64,000 bases of DNA from Bacillota bacterium. Its GTDB lineage: Bacteria; Patescibacteriota; Minisyncoccia; Phycocordibacterales; Phycocordibacteraceae. The notes below the pieces were generated by a model. The model saw only the letters and a list, made by a program, of their open reading frames with translations. It did no database searches and was not told the DNA's origin. Both the position numbers and the translations under genes were made by a program. Below are positions 1-10,112 of this stretch, piece after piece; within the stretch, counting starts at the first letter, position 1, and the number at the start of each line of letters is the position of its first letter. The stretch is from NCBI GenBank assembly GCA_050260455.1, contig JBLNCF010000017.1, forward strand, positions 639 to 64,638, given 5' to 3'.

Positions 1-1809
1 TATGTGGCCGGTGGTGTAGGTCTCGCGGTGCTCGCTCTCGTTAACTCCCAGCTTATCTGGGGTCTCGTCGCATTGGTGGCACTCGGACTTTTCATCGAGT
101 CCATTATGAAAAAGCGCGGCGATGCCGATGACAGTGACTTCGATGGTGTGGCCGTCGTTTCTGGCGAGCGCATGATTGATGCACCAGATACTGAATCATC
201 CTCGCTTGCCGCTCCGCTGGTAACGCTTCTCATCTCGATCTTCTTCTTGATTGGGGGTTCCACCATCGGTAATGCACTCGTGACAGCATTCAATGCGAGC
301 GTGCTCGATGTCCGTCCGTCCTGGCAATCCACCTTTGATGTGGGTAGTCACACGTTTGCGACCTCGCCGATCTTCGGTTCAGGTCCAGGCACATTCGGTC
401 AGCAGTGGCTCAAGTTCCGTGACCAGTCCTTGAATAACACCATCTTCTGGAATATCGACTTCACGTCGGGCATCGGATACATTCCGACCTCGTTTGTGAC
501 GACCGGTGTCATTGGTGTTCTTGCCTGGCTCGCGTTCCTCGGTCTCTTCCTGTTCTTCGGTATTCGTGCGCTCTTGTTCCGCACCCCGTCGGATGCGTTC
601 ATGCGGTATGTCTCGCTTGCGTCGTTTACCGGCGCAGCGTACGTGCTCGTGCTCTCCATCCTTACGGTGCCGGGTCCTATGGTGCTCATGATTGGGTACC
701 TCATGCTCGGCGTCTTCATCTCGAGCTTGCGGTATGGCCGTGAACGCCGCGAGTTCGGCGTGATCTTCGCCCGGAGCCCGCGCATCGGCTTCGTCATTGT
801 GTTTGGTCTGACGCTTCTCTTGCTTGCGTCAGTCGTCGCAGCGTATGTGGTCGTCGAGCGTTATCTTGCAGATGTGTCGTACGCAAATGCCACGGTGAAG
901 TACGCTTCCGGTGATCTCGCCGGTGCTACTACCGCAGTGAATCGCTCAATCCTGTTCGCTCCTTCCGAGCGCGCATATCAGCTTGCTGCCGCTATCGGCA
1001 TCGGCCGTATGCGTCAGATTGTGGCGGATACCACGCTCGCGCCGTCGGACGCACAGCAGCAGTTCCAGGCCGCGCTTACGGGCGGCATTCAGGCGGGAGC
1101 TACTGCAACACGTCTCTGGCCAAAGAACTACCAGAACTGGGTGATGCTCGGCAATGTGTATGAGACGGTCGTGCCGCTCAATATTGAAGGTGCCTATGAG
1201 AATGCGAAAGCTGCGTTTGAGCAGGCAGAAACACTCTCACCGACCAATCCGACTCTGCCATTCACCATGGCACAGCTTGAGATCGCCAAGGGAAATGCAC
1301 AGGCAGCCGAGGATGATCTTGGAAAGGCCATCACGTTGAAGCGCGATTACACGCAGGCCATCTTCCTTCTCTCGCAGCTTCAGGCGCAGGAAGGGAAGGC
1401 CAAGGAGGCGCTCCAGGCAGCAGAGGCGGCAGCGTACTTTGCACCGAATGATCCAACTGTGCTCTTCCAGGTAGGTATCCTTCGTTCTGCGAACGGCAAT
1501 ACGGATGGTGCAATCGAAGCACTCTCAAAGGCAGTACAGATCAATCCGCAGTACGCGAACGCACACTACTTCCTTGGCGTCATGTACGCCATCAAGGGAC
1601 AGTACGACAAGGCGCTTACGGAGTTGTCCACGGTCGCTGCATACTCGCCGGAAAACGAGAAAGCAGTCGCGGACGACATTGCGGCTCTCAAGGCAGGCAA
1701 GAATCCGTTCCCGGCTTCACGCCTCGGTGCACTCGGCATCCCGCAGGCGAACATCAACGAGCCAGCGAACGCTTCCCCGAAGCCTGCAGCAGCCAGTACC
1801 ACGCAGTAA
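1..1809 (+). CDS. Membrane protein with O-antigen ligase-like TM region and C-terminal TPR repeats (5' end outside window)
   Basis: Many TM helices, PIFGSGPGTF Wzy_C-like motif, TPR-like repeats (AVQINPQYANAHYFLG); frame open from position 1. Confidence 0.75.
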   Translation, partial: YVAGGVGLAVLALVNSQLIWGLVALVALGLFIESIMKKRGDADDSDFDGVAVVSGERMIDAPDTESSSLAAPLVTLLISIFFLIGGSTIGNALVTAFNASVLDVRPSWQSTFDVGSHTFATSPIFGSGPGTFGQQWLKFRDQSLNNTIFWNIDFTSGIGYIPTSFVTTGVIGVLAWLAFLGLFLFFGIRALLFRTPSDAFMRYVSLASFTGAAYVLVLSILTVPGPMVLMIGYLMLGVFISSLRYGRERREFGVIFARSPRIGFVIVFGLTLLLLASVVAAYVVVERYLADVSYANATVKYASGDLAGATTAVNRSILFAPSERAYQLAAAIGIGRMRQIVADTTLAPSDAQQQFQAALTGGIQAGATATRLWPKNYQNWVMLGNVYETVVPLNIEGAYENAKAAFEQAETLSPTNPTLPFTMAQLEIAKGNAQAAEDDLGKAITLKRDYTQAIFLLSQLQAQEGKAKEALQAAEAAAYFAPNDPTVLFQVGILRSANGNTDGAIEALSKAVQINPQYANAHYFLGVMYAIKGQYDKALTELSTVAAYSPENEKAVADDIAALKAGKNPFPASRLGALGIPQANINEPANASPKPAAASTTQ

Positions 1810-1832
1810 ATAAAGTGGTAAGCTAGCAAGTA

Positions 1833-3515
1833 ATGGTAAACAGGATACTGAAAACCTTAGTATCCCCGGTACGCGGCCTTCACCAGGCCGCGTACTTGCT
1901 TGCTTTCCTAACGCTTGCCTCGCAAGCACTCGCCCTCATACGCGATCGCCTGTTCGCAAGCCATTTCGGGGCAGGGGAGATACTCGATCTCTACTACGCG
2001 GCCTTCAAGGTGCCGGACGTGGTGTTCGCGCTCGTCGCCTCACTGGTCTCCGCCTATGTGCTTATCCCGCTTATTGCGAAGGCGGATCAAGAAGAATCCA
2101 AACGCTTGTTGTCTCATGCGGCATCGTTCCTGGTGATTGCGGGTGGACTGATCTGTATTGTGCTTGCGATCTTCGCACCGACGTTCCTCTTTGCTTTGTT
2201 CCCGACGTTCCGGCATTCAGTGCATGCAGGCGACTTTGTATTGCTTGCTCGACTGCTTCTCGTCCAACCCATCCTGCTCGGACTCTCGGGAATACTCACC
2301 AGCGTGACGCAGATTCATCGACGCTTTGCGCTCTTTGCTCTGTCACCGGTGCTCTATAACCTGGGCATCATCTTCGGTACGGTCGTGCTCTATCCGTATG
2401 TAGGACTTCCGGGTATCGGCGTGGGTGTGTTACTCGGTGCATTCTTGCATCTGGCCATTCATATCCCCGTGGTGTCACAGGCGGGGCTCTTACCACGACC
2501 AACGCTGCCGTCGCCATCCATCATCTGGTCTGTGATGAAGAGCTCTGTGCCACGTTCGCTCGCACTTGGTATGAGTTCGGTCATCACGCTTCTTCTGATC
2601 TCGCTTGCGTCGCGCACGAGCGAGGGAGGTGTGGCAGTGTATACGCTTGCGGGGAATCTTGAAGCTGTGCCGCTTTCTCTGGTAGGTGCGTCCTACGCGA
2701 CCGCCGCGTTTCCAGTGATGGCGGAACATATGGGAGCCAAGCGGGTGAAAGAATATACTGCAACGCTTGTGGCCGCTGCTCGCCACATCATCTTCTGGTC
2801 GGCGGTGATCACCGTGCTCGCCATTGTATTGCGGGCATATGTGGTGCGCATCATTCTGGGTGCCGGTGCGTTCGATTGGGATGATACCCGCCTCACAGCG
2901 GCAGTGCTCGCTATCCTCGTGGTTGGACTCATGGCGCAGGGACTCATCCTTCTGGCTGCGCGCGCCTTCTATGCCGCCCAGAAATCCTGGAACCCACTTC
3001 TGGTGCAGCTGGCTGACTGCGGTATCTCGGTGGTTTCCGCGTGGGGACTGGTACGTCTCGCCGAGACCTATCCTATGCTTCGGTACTTCATCGAGTCACT
3101 CTTCCGTGTCGGCGACGTGCCCGGTACGAACATCCTCTTCATCGCGCTTGGTGCGACCTTGGGACAGGTCATCATGGGAACGGTCGCGCTCGCAACCTTA
3201 CGCACCGTGGCACCCGGGGTCGCCGGTTCGCTTATACGTCCAGCACTCGAGGCGGCTGGGGCCGCCATTCTCGGTGGTGCAGCCAGCTACGGCGTGCTCT
3301 CGTTCATGGGAACGCTTGCCCCGCTGTCGCGTCTCCCAACTGTCTTCCTTGAGGGTACGGTTGCTGGTATGGTGGGCCTTGCTGTCGCGGCCGCTGTCCT
3401 CGCCGTCCTTGAGAATCAAGAGCTTAAGGATCTTGGGGATGCGCTCACCCGTCTGACGTCCTCGAAGGCGCTCCGTCCGCACGGGGCTCTCCTGGACGAT
3501 CGTGCTGATACCTAG
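1833..3515 (+). CDS. murJ: Lipid II flippase MurJ/MviN
   Basis: LIRDRLFASHFGAGEILDLYYAAFKVPD N-terminal motif, many TM segments, RAFYA motif. Confidence 0.9.
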   Translation: MVNRILKTLVSPVRGLHQAAYLLAFLTLASQALALIRDRLFASHFGAGEILDLYYAAFKVPDVVFALVASLVSAYVLIPLIAKADQEESKRLLSHAASFLVIAGGLICIVLAIFAPTFLFALFPTFRHSVHAGDFVLLARLLLVQPILLGLSGILTSVTQIHRRFALFALSPVLYNLGIIFGTVVLYPYVGLPGIGVGVLLGAFLHLAIHIPVVSQAGLLPRPTLPSPSIIWSVMKSSVPRSLALGMSSVITLLLISLASRTSEGGVAVYTLAGNLEAVPLSLVGASYATAAFPVMAEHMGAKRVKEYTATLVAAARHIIFWSAVITVLAIVLRAYVVRIILGAGAFDWDDTRLTAAVLAILVVGLMAQGLILLAARAFYAAQKSWNPLLVQLADCGISVVSAWGLVRLAETYPMLRYFIESLFRVGDVPGTNILFIALGATLGQVIMGTVALATLRTVAPGVAGSLIRPALEAAGAAILGGAASYGVLSFMGTLAPLSRLPTVFLEGTVAGMVGLAVAAAVLAVLENQELKDLGDALTRLTSSKALRPHGALLDDRADT

Positions 3516-3518
3516 TGC

Positions 3519-5309
3519 ATGAATATCCGTAACTTCTCAATCATCGCCCATATTGATCACGGCAAGTCGACTCTCGCGGACCGGCTTCTTGAGCGCACCG
3601 GTACGATTGAAGCGCGCAAGATGCGCGATCAGGTGCTCGACAAGATGGATCTTGAACGCGAGCGCGGCATCACTATTAAGATGCAGCCGGCACGCATGGA
3701 ATACCGAGCCAACGATGGACAGACGTATGTTCTTAATCTCATCGATACACCGGGACACATCGACTTCGCATACGAGGTCTCCCGTGCACTCTCGGCGGTG
3801 GAAGGTGTCATCCTCCTCGTCGACTCCACCCAGGGCGTGCAGGCACAAACACTCACCACGCTTGGCATGGCGCAGAAGGCGGGTTGTGTCATCATTCCGG
3901 TGCTTTCGAAAATCGATGCACCCGCTGCGCGTGTGGAAGAGGTGAAGACAGAGCTTGCGGCACTTCTGGATATTGAAGAGGATACCGTCCTGGCAGTGTC
4001 CGGCCGCACCGGTGAAGGGGTTGAGGCTCTCCTTGAAGCCATTATTGAGCGTGTTCCGAGTCCTCGGGCAAGTGAGGCAAACGAACCGCGTGCGCTTATC
4101 TTCGACTTCTCATATTCCACCCACCGCGGTATCGCCGTCTACGTTCGCGTGTTTGATGGTCAGGTAAAAAAGGGTGATACGCTCGCGTTTGCGTCTGCTG
4201 GAAAGAAATTCGTCGCGCTTGAAACTGGCATCTTTATGCCGGATGAGAAGCCGACCGCATCGCTTTCCGCAGGCGAGATCGGATATGTGGTAACCGGTAT
4301 TAAGGAGGCGGGTGTGGTGGCCGTGGGCGATACGGTAGGTATGGATAAAGGAAAGCTACCGGCACTGGGAGGATTCGACCGACCACGCCCGGTGGTGTGG
4401 GCCTCTATCTATCCAGAAAGCCAGGACGACCTTACCGAGCTTCGCCAGGCGCTCGAACGTCTTCGCCTGTCCGACTCCTCACTTTCGTTTGAAGAAGAGT
4501 CTTCAGGTGTACTCGGTCGGGGTTTCCGTTGCGGTTTTCTTGGCATGCTTCATCTTGAAATCATTACTGAACGTTTGAAGCGAGAATTCGATCTCACGCT
4601 CATCGTCACTATTCCGACCATCGCGTATATCGTCACCGATATAAAAGGGAAGCGCGAAACCATCTACACCGCTTCCAAGTTTCCCGCGTTTGGAGACATT
4701 GCGACGATTGAAGAGCCGTGGGTGAAGGTGGTCCTCATCACCCCACCAGAATCATTGTCGGGACTTCTGCAGGCCTTCCATGATCACGAGGGAGCCGTTA
4801 TGGCCACTGAAACGCATTTGGATGGTCGCATTGAGCTTACGGTTGAGATGCCGCTTCGGGAACTTATGCGTGGTTTCTTCGACAAGGTAAAGAACATCTC
4901 ATCGGGCTATGCCTCACTCTCATATGAGTTTCTTGAGAACCGTGTCGCCGACGTGGTGAAGCTTGAGATCTATGTAGCCGAGGAACCGGTCCCTGCGTTT
5001 GCTCGCGTTGTCTCGCGCCGCCGGGTACAGGAAGAAGGAGAGCGCATGGTGGAGAAGCTTCAGGAAATCCTGCCTCGCCAGCTCTTTGTGGTGAAGATCC
5101 AGGCACATGCCCTGGGACGCATCATTGCCTCACGTAGTATCTCCGCGCTTCGCAAGGATGTGACCGGGTATCTGTATGGAGGCGACATCACCCGCAAGAT
5201 GAAACTGCGTGAGAAGCAGAAGAAGGGTAAGAAGCGCCGTGGCGAGCATGCCAATATGGAAATCCCGCAGGAGGTGTTCATGAAGATGGTTCAGGATAGC
5301 GAGCGCTAA
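3519..5309 (+). CDS. lepA: Translation elongation factor 4
   Basis: NIRNFSIIAHIDHGKSTLADR, ERERGITIK, GFRCGFLGMLH, YGGDITRKMKL. Confidence 0.98.
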   Translation: MNIRNFSIIAHIDHGKSTLADRLLERTGTIEARKMRDQVLDKMDLERERGITIKMQPARMEYRANDGQTYVLNLIDTPGHIDFAYEVSRALSAVEGVILLVDSTQGVQAQTLTTLGMAQKAGCVIIPVLSKIDAPAARVEEVKTELAALLDIEEDTVLAVSGRTGEGVEALLEAIIERVPSPRASEANEPRALIFDFSYSTHRGIAVYVRVFDGQVKKGDTLAFASAGKKFVALETGIFMPDEKPTASLSAGEIGYVVTGIKEAGVVAVGDTVGMDKGKLPALGGFDRPRPVVWASIYPESQDDLTELRQALERLRLSDSSLSFEEESSGVLGRGFRCGFLGMLHLEIITERLKREFDLTLIVTIPTIAYIVTDIKGKRETIYTASKFPAFGDIATIEEPWVKVVLITPPESLSGLLQAFHDHEGAVMATETHLDGRIELTVEMPLRELMRGFFDKVKNISSGYASLSYEFLENRVADVVKLEIYVAEEPVPAFARVVSRRRVQEEGERMVEKLQEILPRQLFVVKIQAHALGRIIASRSISALRKDVTGYLYGGDITRKMKLREKQKKGKKRRGEHANMEIPQEVFMKMVQDSER

Positions 5310-5329
5310 GCGGTTGCTATACTCTACCC

Positions 5330-5686
5330 ATGCCGCGACGCGTCAGCAGCCGAAGGATGGGGGAGTACATAGTGGCCGGCTTGCTGGCCCTACTCGTGCT
5401 CTGGCTTCTCTGGCTCCTGTTCGGGATTGTCCGAAAAGAAGAGATTGCGCGTCATGCCGTTGCCGATACTAAGGCCGATTTGGCGTCGCTTGAGGAGCGT
5501 CAGACAACGCTGAATCAGAACCTCGCCGAGCTCAATACACAGCGGGGCCAGGAAGCTACCCTACGCGACACCTACGGCGTTGCGAAGCCGGGTGAAGGGG
5601 TTATCATCGTCGTACCACCCAAAGAGGCCACCACCACGCCCAAGCTGCCGTGGTGGAAGAAACTCTTCGGAAGGTTCACGTTCTGA
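5330..5686 (+). CDS. Septum formation initiator (FtsB/DivIC-like)
   Basis: Single TM, coiled coil, GVAKPGEGVI motif. Confidence 0.7.
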   Translation: MPRRVSSRRMGEYIVAGLLALLVLWLLWLLFGIVRKEEIARHAVADTKADLASLEERQTTLNQNLAELNTQRGQEATLRDTYGVAKPGEGVIIVVPPKEATTTPKLPWWKKLFGRFTF

Positions 5687-5687
5687 A

Positions 5688-5761
5688 GCGGAATTAGTTT
5701 AGTGGTAGAACGGTTGCTTCCCAAGCAACAAGTACGGGTTCGATTCCCGTATTCCGCACCA
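5688..5761 (+). tRNA. tRNA-Gly(CCC)
   Basis: Cloverleaf; anticodon arm gttgc-tt CCC aa-gcaac; GTTCGA T-loop; encoded CCA whose last A is the A of the next ATG. Confidence 0.97.
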
Positions 5762-6291
5762 TGAAGAAGATCGTCGTCGCTTCGCACAATCCCGTGAAGG
5801 TGGATTCAGCTCGTATGGCATTCGAGCAGATGTTTCCCGATGAAACATTTGAGATCGAGGGGGTGTCGGTTCCATCAGGTGTCTCGGATCAGCCCATGAC
5901 TGATACAGAAACCTTCGAGGGGGCACGCAATCGGCTCGAGGTCATCCAGAAAGAACGACCAAACGCAGACCACTGGGTCTCGTTTGAAGGAGGTGTCGAA
6001 GATAAGGACGGAGAAATGGAGGCGTTCGCCTGGGTGCTTGCCGCTGATACTTCCGGTCGTATCGGTAAGGGACGGACCGCGACTTTTATTCTGCCTCAAG
6101 CGATTGCCGAACTCATTCGCTCCGGCACGGAACTCGGTGAGGCGAGTGACATCGTGTTCAACGAAGAAAATTCAAAACAAAAGAGTGCCACGGTCGGGAT
6201 TCTTACTGACGACCTCATTACCCGCAGGGCATATTACGTGCATGCAGCGATTCTGGCGCTGATACCGTTTAAGAACTCGAATCTCTACTGA
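5761..6291 (+). CDS. yjjX: Inosine/xanthosine triphosphatase (YjjX family)
   Basis: VASHNPVK, SGVSDQPM, GARNR, EGG, ELG motifs. Confidence 0.9.
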   Translation: MKKIVVASHNPVKVDSARMAFEQMFPDETFEIEGVSVPSGVSDQPMTDTETFEGARNRLEVIQKERPNADHWVSFEGGVEDKDGEMEAFAWVLAADTSGRIGKGRTATFILPQAIAELIRSGTELGEASDIVFNEENSKQKSATVGILTDDLITRRAYYVHAAILALIPFKNSNLY

Positions 6292-6300
6292 TTTGCTTTC

Positions 6301-6825
6301 ATGAGGATCAGCATCATCGGCCACAGCGGAAGCGGGAAGACCACACTTGCCGAGAAGATCTCCCAGAAGTTTGAGATACCGCACCTTCACTTGGATCGTC
6401 TCTGGTTTGAAGCTGGAGGGCACCTCCTTGCTCCAGGTGAAGAAGGATCAGAAAAGGACAGGGTGCGCGATTATATCCAAGAGAAAGTACGCAAATTCAT
6501 CGTCCAAGAGAACTGGGTCTCTGATGGTCTCTATTCTCGAGTCCAGGCCGACATTGCCACGCGAGCAGATGCGGTGGTCTTTATCGATATTCCACTCTGG
6601 CGCAGGCTACTCAATCACGCGTATCGCATCTGGTTCACCGAGCGACACCCTGAACTCAGTCTCAAAGGTGAACTAGCCTTCTTTCCAGATATGGTGCGTC
6701 GTAATCGGGTCCATGAGCCCAAGTTGCAAGCCGTAGTTGCTCAATTTAAGGATAAAATCGTGCACCTCCGGTCGTATAAGGAGGTGGAGCAATATTTCGC
6801 TGACTTATCCACAGAACCATTGTGA
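6301..6825 (+). CDS. P-loop kinase, topology modulation/FlaR-like
   Basis: IIGHSGSGKTTLA Walker A, HLD, WVSDGLY. Confidence 0.75.
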   Translation: MRISIIGHSGSGKTTLAEKISQKFEIPHLHLDRLWFEAGGHLLAPGEEGSEKDRVRDYIQEKVRKFIVQENWVSDGLYSRVQADIATRADAVVFIDIPLWRRLLNHAYRIWFTERHPELSLKGELAFFPDMVRRNRVHEPKLQAVVAQFKDKIVHLRSYKEVEQYFADLSTEPL

Positions 6826-6853
6826 TATAATCCGACCACAATAATTCACGCAT

Positions 6854-7111
6854 ATGGATCAGAAGCCAGTCAGCATTTACACCACCCCGACCTGCCATTT
6901 CTGCCAGATGAGCAAAGAGCTCTTCAAGGCTAACGGTATCGAGTACACGGAATACAACGTGGCTGCGGATACCGAGAAGCGCCAGGAAATGATCGAGAAG
7001 AGCGGTCAGATGGGCGTTCCGGTCATCTTCATCGGTGACGACATGATCATTGGCTTCGATAAGAAGCGCATTGACGCAGCTCTCGGTCTCGGAGAGGCAC
7101 CGGCAGCGTAA
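6854..7111 (+). CDS. Glutaredoxin/NrdH-like redoxin
   Basis: YTTPTCHFC CxxC, SGQMGVPVI, GFD. Confidence 0.9.
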   Translation: MDQKPVSIYTTPTCHFCQMSKELFKANGIEYTEYNVAADTEKRQEMIEKSGQMGVPVIFIGDDMIIGFDKKRIDAALGLGEAPAA

Positions 7112-7120
7112 AGAACTACC

Positions 7121-7157
7121 CACAAAACCCGCCGCTCTCGAAGCGGCGGGTTTTGTG
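7121..7157. terminator. Intrinsic terminator hairpin (bidirectional-type)
   Basis: cacaaaacccgccgct / agcggcgggttttgtg inverted repeat after the glutaredoxin stop. Confidence 0.85.
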
Positions 7158-7192
7158 CTAGGCTCGAGAAATCGAGAGAATCCTCTCGCATG

Positions 7193-7267
7193 GCCCTTGT
7201 AGTTCAATGGATAGAACATCTCACTCCTAACGAGACGATGTAGGTTCGATTCCTACCGAGGGCACCA
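7193..7267 (+). tRNA. tRNA-Arg(CCT)
   Basis: Acceptor gcccttg/cgagggc, anticodon loop ct CCT aa, GTTCGA, CCA. Confidence 0.93.
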
Positions 7268-7287
7268 ATACGTTATACTCAATGCAT

Positions 7288-7629
7288 ATGGAACTGAATC
7301 CTCCGACCGGTTCGGGCGGCATACCCTACGGACATCTTGAGAGTCTCCTGAAAGAGAATCTCGAGCTCGCAAAACAGAACAATCGAATCCTGCGACGCAT
7401 GGAACGCAATGCGTTTATTGGTCTTATCGTGAAGATTGTCATCTGGCTCCTCGTTCTTGGCGTGCCGATCTTCTTCTTGAGCTCGTATCTTACGCCACTT
7501 ATGGCTGCGCTCCAGCAGCAGGGTAACGGAACCTCAACGGTGCCGGCAGGTGTTTTTGGCCTTCCGTCCGCAGCACAATTCCAGCAGGTGCTCGACGAAT
7601 ATAAAATGACCCAACAGATCAAGCAGTAG
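7288..7629 (+). CDS. Hypothetical single-TM protein with coiled coil
   Basis: ORF; second ATG lies 8 nt after TATACT box; LKENLELAKQNNRILRRM followed by a TM helix. Confidence 0.75.
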   Translation: MELNPPTGSGGIPYGHLESLLKENLELAKQNNRILRRMERNAFIGLIVKIVIWLLVLGVPIFFLSSYLTPLMAALQQQGNGTSTVPAGVFGLPSAAQFQQVLDEYKMTQQIKQ

Positions 7630-7688
7630 AGAGCTTGGTAAAAGCGGCCTTTGAAAAAAGGCCCCTTTTACGCTACACTCTGCCTACC

Positions 7689-7761
7689 GCTTGGGTAGCT
7701 CAGTTGGTAGAGCATTCGCCTGAAGAGCGAAGGGTCGGCGGTTCGAACCCGCCCCCAAGCA
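7689..7761 (+). tRNA. tRNA-Phe(GAA)
   Basis: gcttggg/cccaagc acceptor, ttcgc-ct GAA ga-gcgaa. Confidence 0.96.
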
Positions 7762-7766
7762 CCTGC

Positions 7767-8849
7767 ATGGATTCGTTCAAACGCCTTCTCGCCTGGGCGC
7801 AGCGCAATGAACGGCATTTAGGAGCGATCCTCTTTGTATTCGGTTTTGTTACCGATCTCTTCACGTTCGCATTCCTATCACCGTCCGTCGCAAATCTGGC
7901 CTTCATAGGCTACCTCTTGCTTGCCGCGTTCTGCACATTCGTAAGCTATGTCTATCCGGCCGGTTCAGGAAAGAGAATATGGATACGCGCGTTTTCAGTA
8001 ATTGCTCCGCTTGGAGCACAGTACGCCATCGGTAGCCTCCTATCGGGCTTTCTCATTTTCTACACTAAAAGTGCGGCTGTCATTGTGTCGTGGCCATTCC
8101 TTGTACTCCTTGCTGCGGTATTTATCGGCAACGAATATTTCCGTACGTACTACAAACATCTAGCGTTTCAGCTAGTGCTCTTCTTCTTTGCGCTGTATGC
8201 GTACTCCATTTTCGCTCTTCCCATCCTTCTGCAACGGCTTGGCCCTATCATCTTTCTTTCTTCGACCGCGATAAGTGGCGTGGTCTTCAGCTCCTTTCTC
8301 CTGCTTATCTCAAGGATTCGTCGATCCGGTTTCGCTCGAACCCTGCGATATGTCATCCCGGCAACGGGTATGGTGATTGCGCTCATGACGGTAAGTTATT
8401 TCACCGGCCTCATTCCTCCTATCCCGCTCTCGCTTGCGGCCGGTGGTGTCTACCACTCGATTGAACACCGTGATGGTGCATACGTCGTTACCGCAGAAGC
8501 GCCCAAACCATGGTGGGATCCACGCCCAGAAGTTGTGCATCATGTGTCGGGGACGCCATTGTATGCCTTTAGTTCAGTCACGGCGCCATTCTCTTTCGAT
8601 GCATCGGTGGTGCATGTATGGGAACGATATGATCCCACGCAGAAAAGGTGGGTCGAACGCACACGCGTAGCGTTTCTCATCACTGGCGGGCGTGATGGCG
8701 GATATCGCGGCTATTCAGAAGTACTGAATCCTGAAGCAGGGAAATGGCGGATCAGTATTGAAACCACGGGAGGTCAGGTTATCGGTCGCATCTACGTCAC
8801 GGTTGTCGAAAGCGAAACTCCTCCCGCAGTACGAGAGGAGTTTCGGTAG
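7767..8849 (+). CDS. DUF2914-type membrane protein
   Basis: N-terminal TM helices, C-terminal GGRDGGYRGYS...GKWRISIET motif; start moved to ATG 7767 because the longer ORF runs through tRNA-Phe. Confidence 0.8.
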   Translation: MDSFKRLLAWAQRNERHLGAILFVFGFVTDLFTFAFLSPSVANLAFIGYLLLAAFCTFVSYVYPAGSGKRIWIRAFSVIAPLGAQYAIGSLLSGFLIFYTKSAAVIVSWPFLVLLAAVFIGNEYFRTYYKHLAFQLVLFFFALYAYSIFALPILLQRLGPIIFLSSTAISGVVFSSFLLLISRIRRSGFARTLRYVIPATGMVIALMTVSYFTGLIPPIPLSLAAGGVYHSIEHRDGAYVVTAEAPKPWWDPRPEVVHHVSGTPLYAFSSVTAPFSFDASVVHVWERYDPTQKRWVERTRVAFLITGGRDGGYRGYSEVLNPEAGKWRISIETTGGQVIGRIYVTVVESETPPAVREEFR

Positions 8850-8864
8850 GAGAGGGTCTGGAGG

Positions 8865-9368
8865 CTAGCCTGCCTTCACGCGAAGCTTGGTCTGACGGCT
8901 CTTATCGAGCTTGGGCATCACGATGGTGAGCAATCCGTCCTTTGCGGTCGCGGTGGAGGCATCTACATCGATTTCCTGTGGGAGGAGCACGGTGCGTGCA
9001 AATGAGCCCCAGAAGAGTTCCTGGCTGAAGTAATCCGGACCAGTTACCTGATCACGCTCTTCGCGGGAGCCTTGAAGCTCCACCATGTCACGGCTTATCG
9101 AAACATTAAGCTCGTCAGGACGAACACCGGCAACAAATGCACGGATGACGATTTCGTTCGGAGTCTGATACACATCAACCGGAAGCTCGCCTTCTGCTGC
9201 GGGTTCATCATGTGTGATGTGGATGGGTTCCGGTGCGACCGGAGCATTCGGTACCATTTTGCGTACGGGCGCAGCCGGTGTCATGAGATCATCGTCAAAT
9301 GCATCGTAATCATCGGCGGGGAGGGCGCCGGCGAGTCGATCGAAGAAGGAGCGTTTCTTGGGAGGCAT
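8865..9368 (-). CDS. Hsp20/alpha-crystallin family protein
   Basis: GELPVDVYQT, ELFWGSFARTVLLP, KDGLLTIVMPK. Confidence 0.92.
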   Translation of the reverse strand: MPPKKRSFFDRLAGALPADDYDAFDDDLMTPAAPVRKMVPNAPVAPEPIHITHDEPAAEGELPVDVYQTPNEIVIRAFVAGVRPDELNVSISRDMVELQGSREERDQVTGPDYFSQELFWGSFARTVLLPQEIDVDASTATAKDGLLTIVMPKLDKSRQTKLRVKAG

Positions 9369-9371
9369 AGG

Positions 9372-10097
9372 CTAGCAAGTATTTTTTGGTAAATGACGAT
9401 ACCGGAAGTATTTCAGTATCTCGAAGAGGGCAAGGAAGATGACGGCACCGCTCCATACGATGGAGAACGCCGTAAGCGTATGAGCGCCATCTCGCATGAT
9501 TATAAGGAAGTTGAAAACCGCGTGCAATCCGATCGCAAGGATAAGTCCGATCGCTGCAAACAGGGTGCGCATCGTGCGGTTAAGCTTTAGTGAAAACGCG
9601 AGAGCGAAACCAATTGCAGACGAGGAGATGACGTGCACGAGAGTGGAACCAATAAAGCGGAGATTCTCGGTAGCGATGCCCGCTGCGAGATGACCGTGTG
9701 CTAGAGGCTGCACTAGGAAGAGCATGTTCTCGACAGCGGCGAATCCGAGTGCAACCGTAATCATATACACCACGAGGTCGACCGATTCGTTTACCCATCT
9801 GCGCCAGAGTACGATGATGGCAGCGAGCGCATATTTAGCGATTTCCTCAATGGCTGCCCAGGCGGTAATAACGAGGGCACCGGGCGCAGGTTCGGTCGCG
9901 GGGAGCATGATGATCGCAAGGTGTTCAACCGGGAGGACGAGCGGGACTGCAAGCATGCCTGCGAAGAGGGCGAGCACAATCATGTGCTTAGGTTCCGGGC
10001 ATCGGGAATCTTCCTGGAGAAGGAAATACAGCCACACGAGCGCAGGCAGGAATCCTCCAAGGAAGGAGTACCCAAGGGTGGCGATCGAGAAAGGCAT
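9372..10097 (-). CDS. PrsW family intramembrane protease
   Basis: EEIAK, ALGFAAVEN, conserved His motifs (LHAVFN). Confidence 0.9.
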   Translation of the reverse strand: MPFSIATLGYSFLGGFLPALVWLYFLLQEDSRCPEPKHMIVLALFAGMLAVPLVLPVEHLAIIMLPATEPAPGALVITAWAAIEEIAKYALAAIIVLWRRWVNESVDLVVYMITVALGFAAVENMLFLVQPLAHGHLAAGIATENLRFIGSTLVHVISSSAIGFALAFSLKLNRTMRTLFAAIGLILAIGLHAVFNFLIIMRDGAHTLTAFSIVWSGAVIFLALFEILKYFRYRHLPKNTC

Positions 10098-10112
10098 TAG
10101 CCTTATTTTACC

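Noticed and set aside
7635-7766. N-terminal extensions of ORF-track calls through tRNAs or neighbours (7635, 15677, 50465, 34078, 41050, 12350, 14990)
   Set aside because: They overlap tRNAs or other genes; downstream ATGs fit family N-termini and promoter positions
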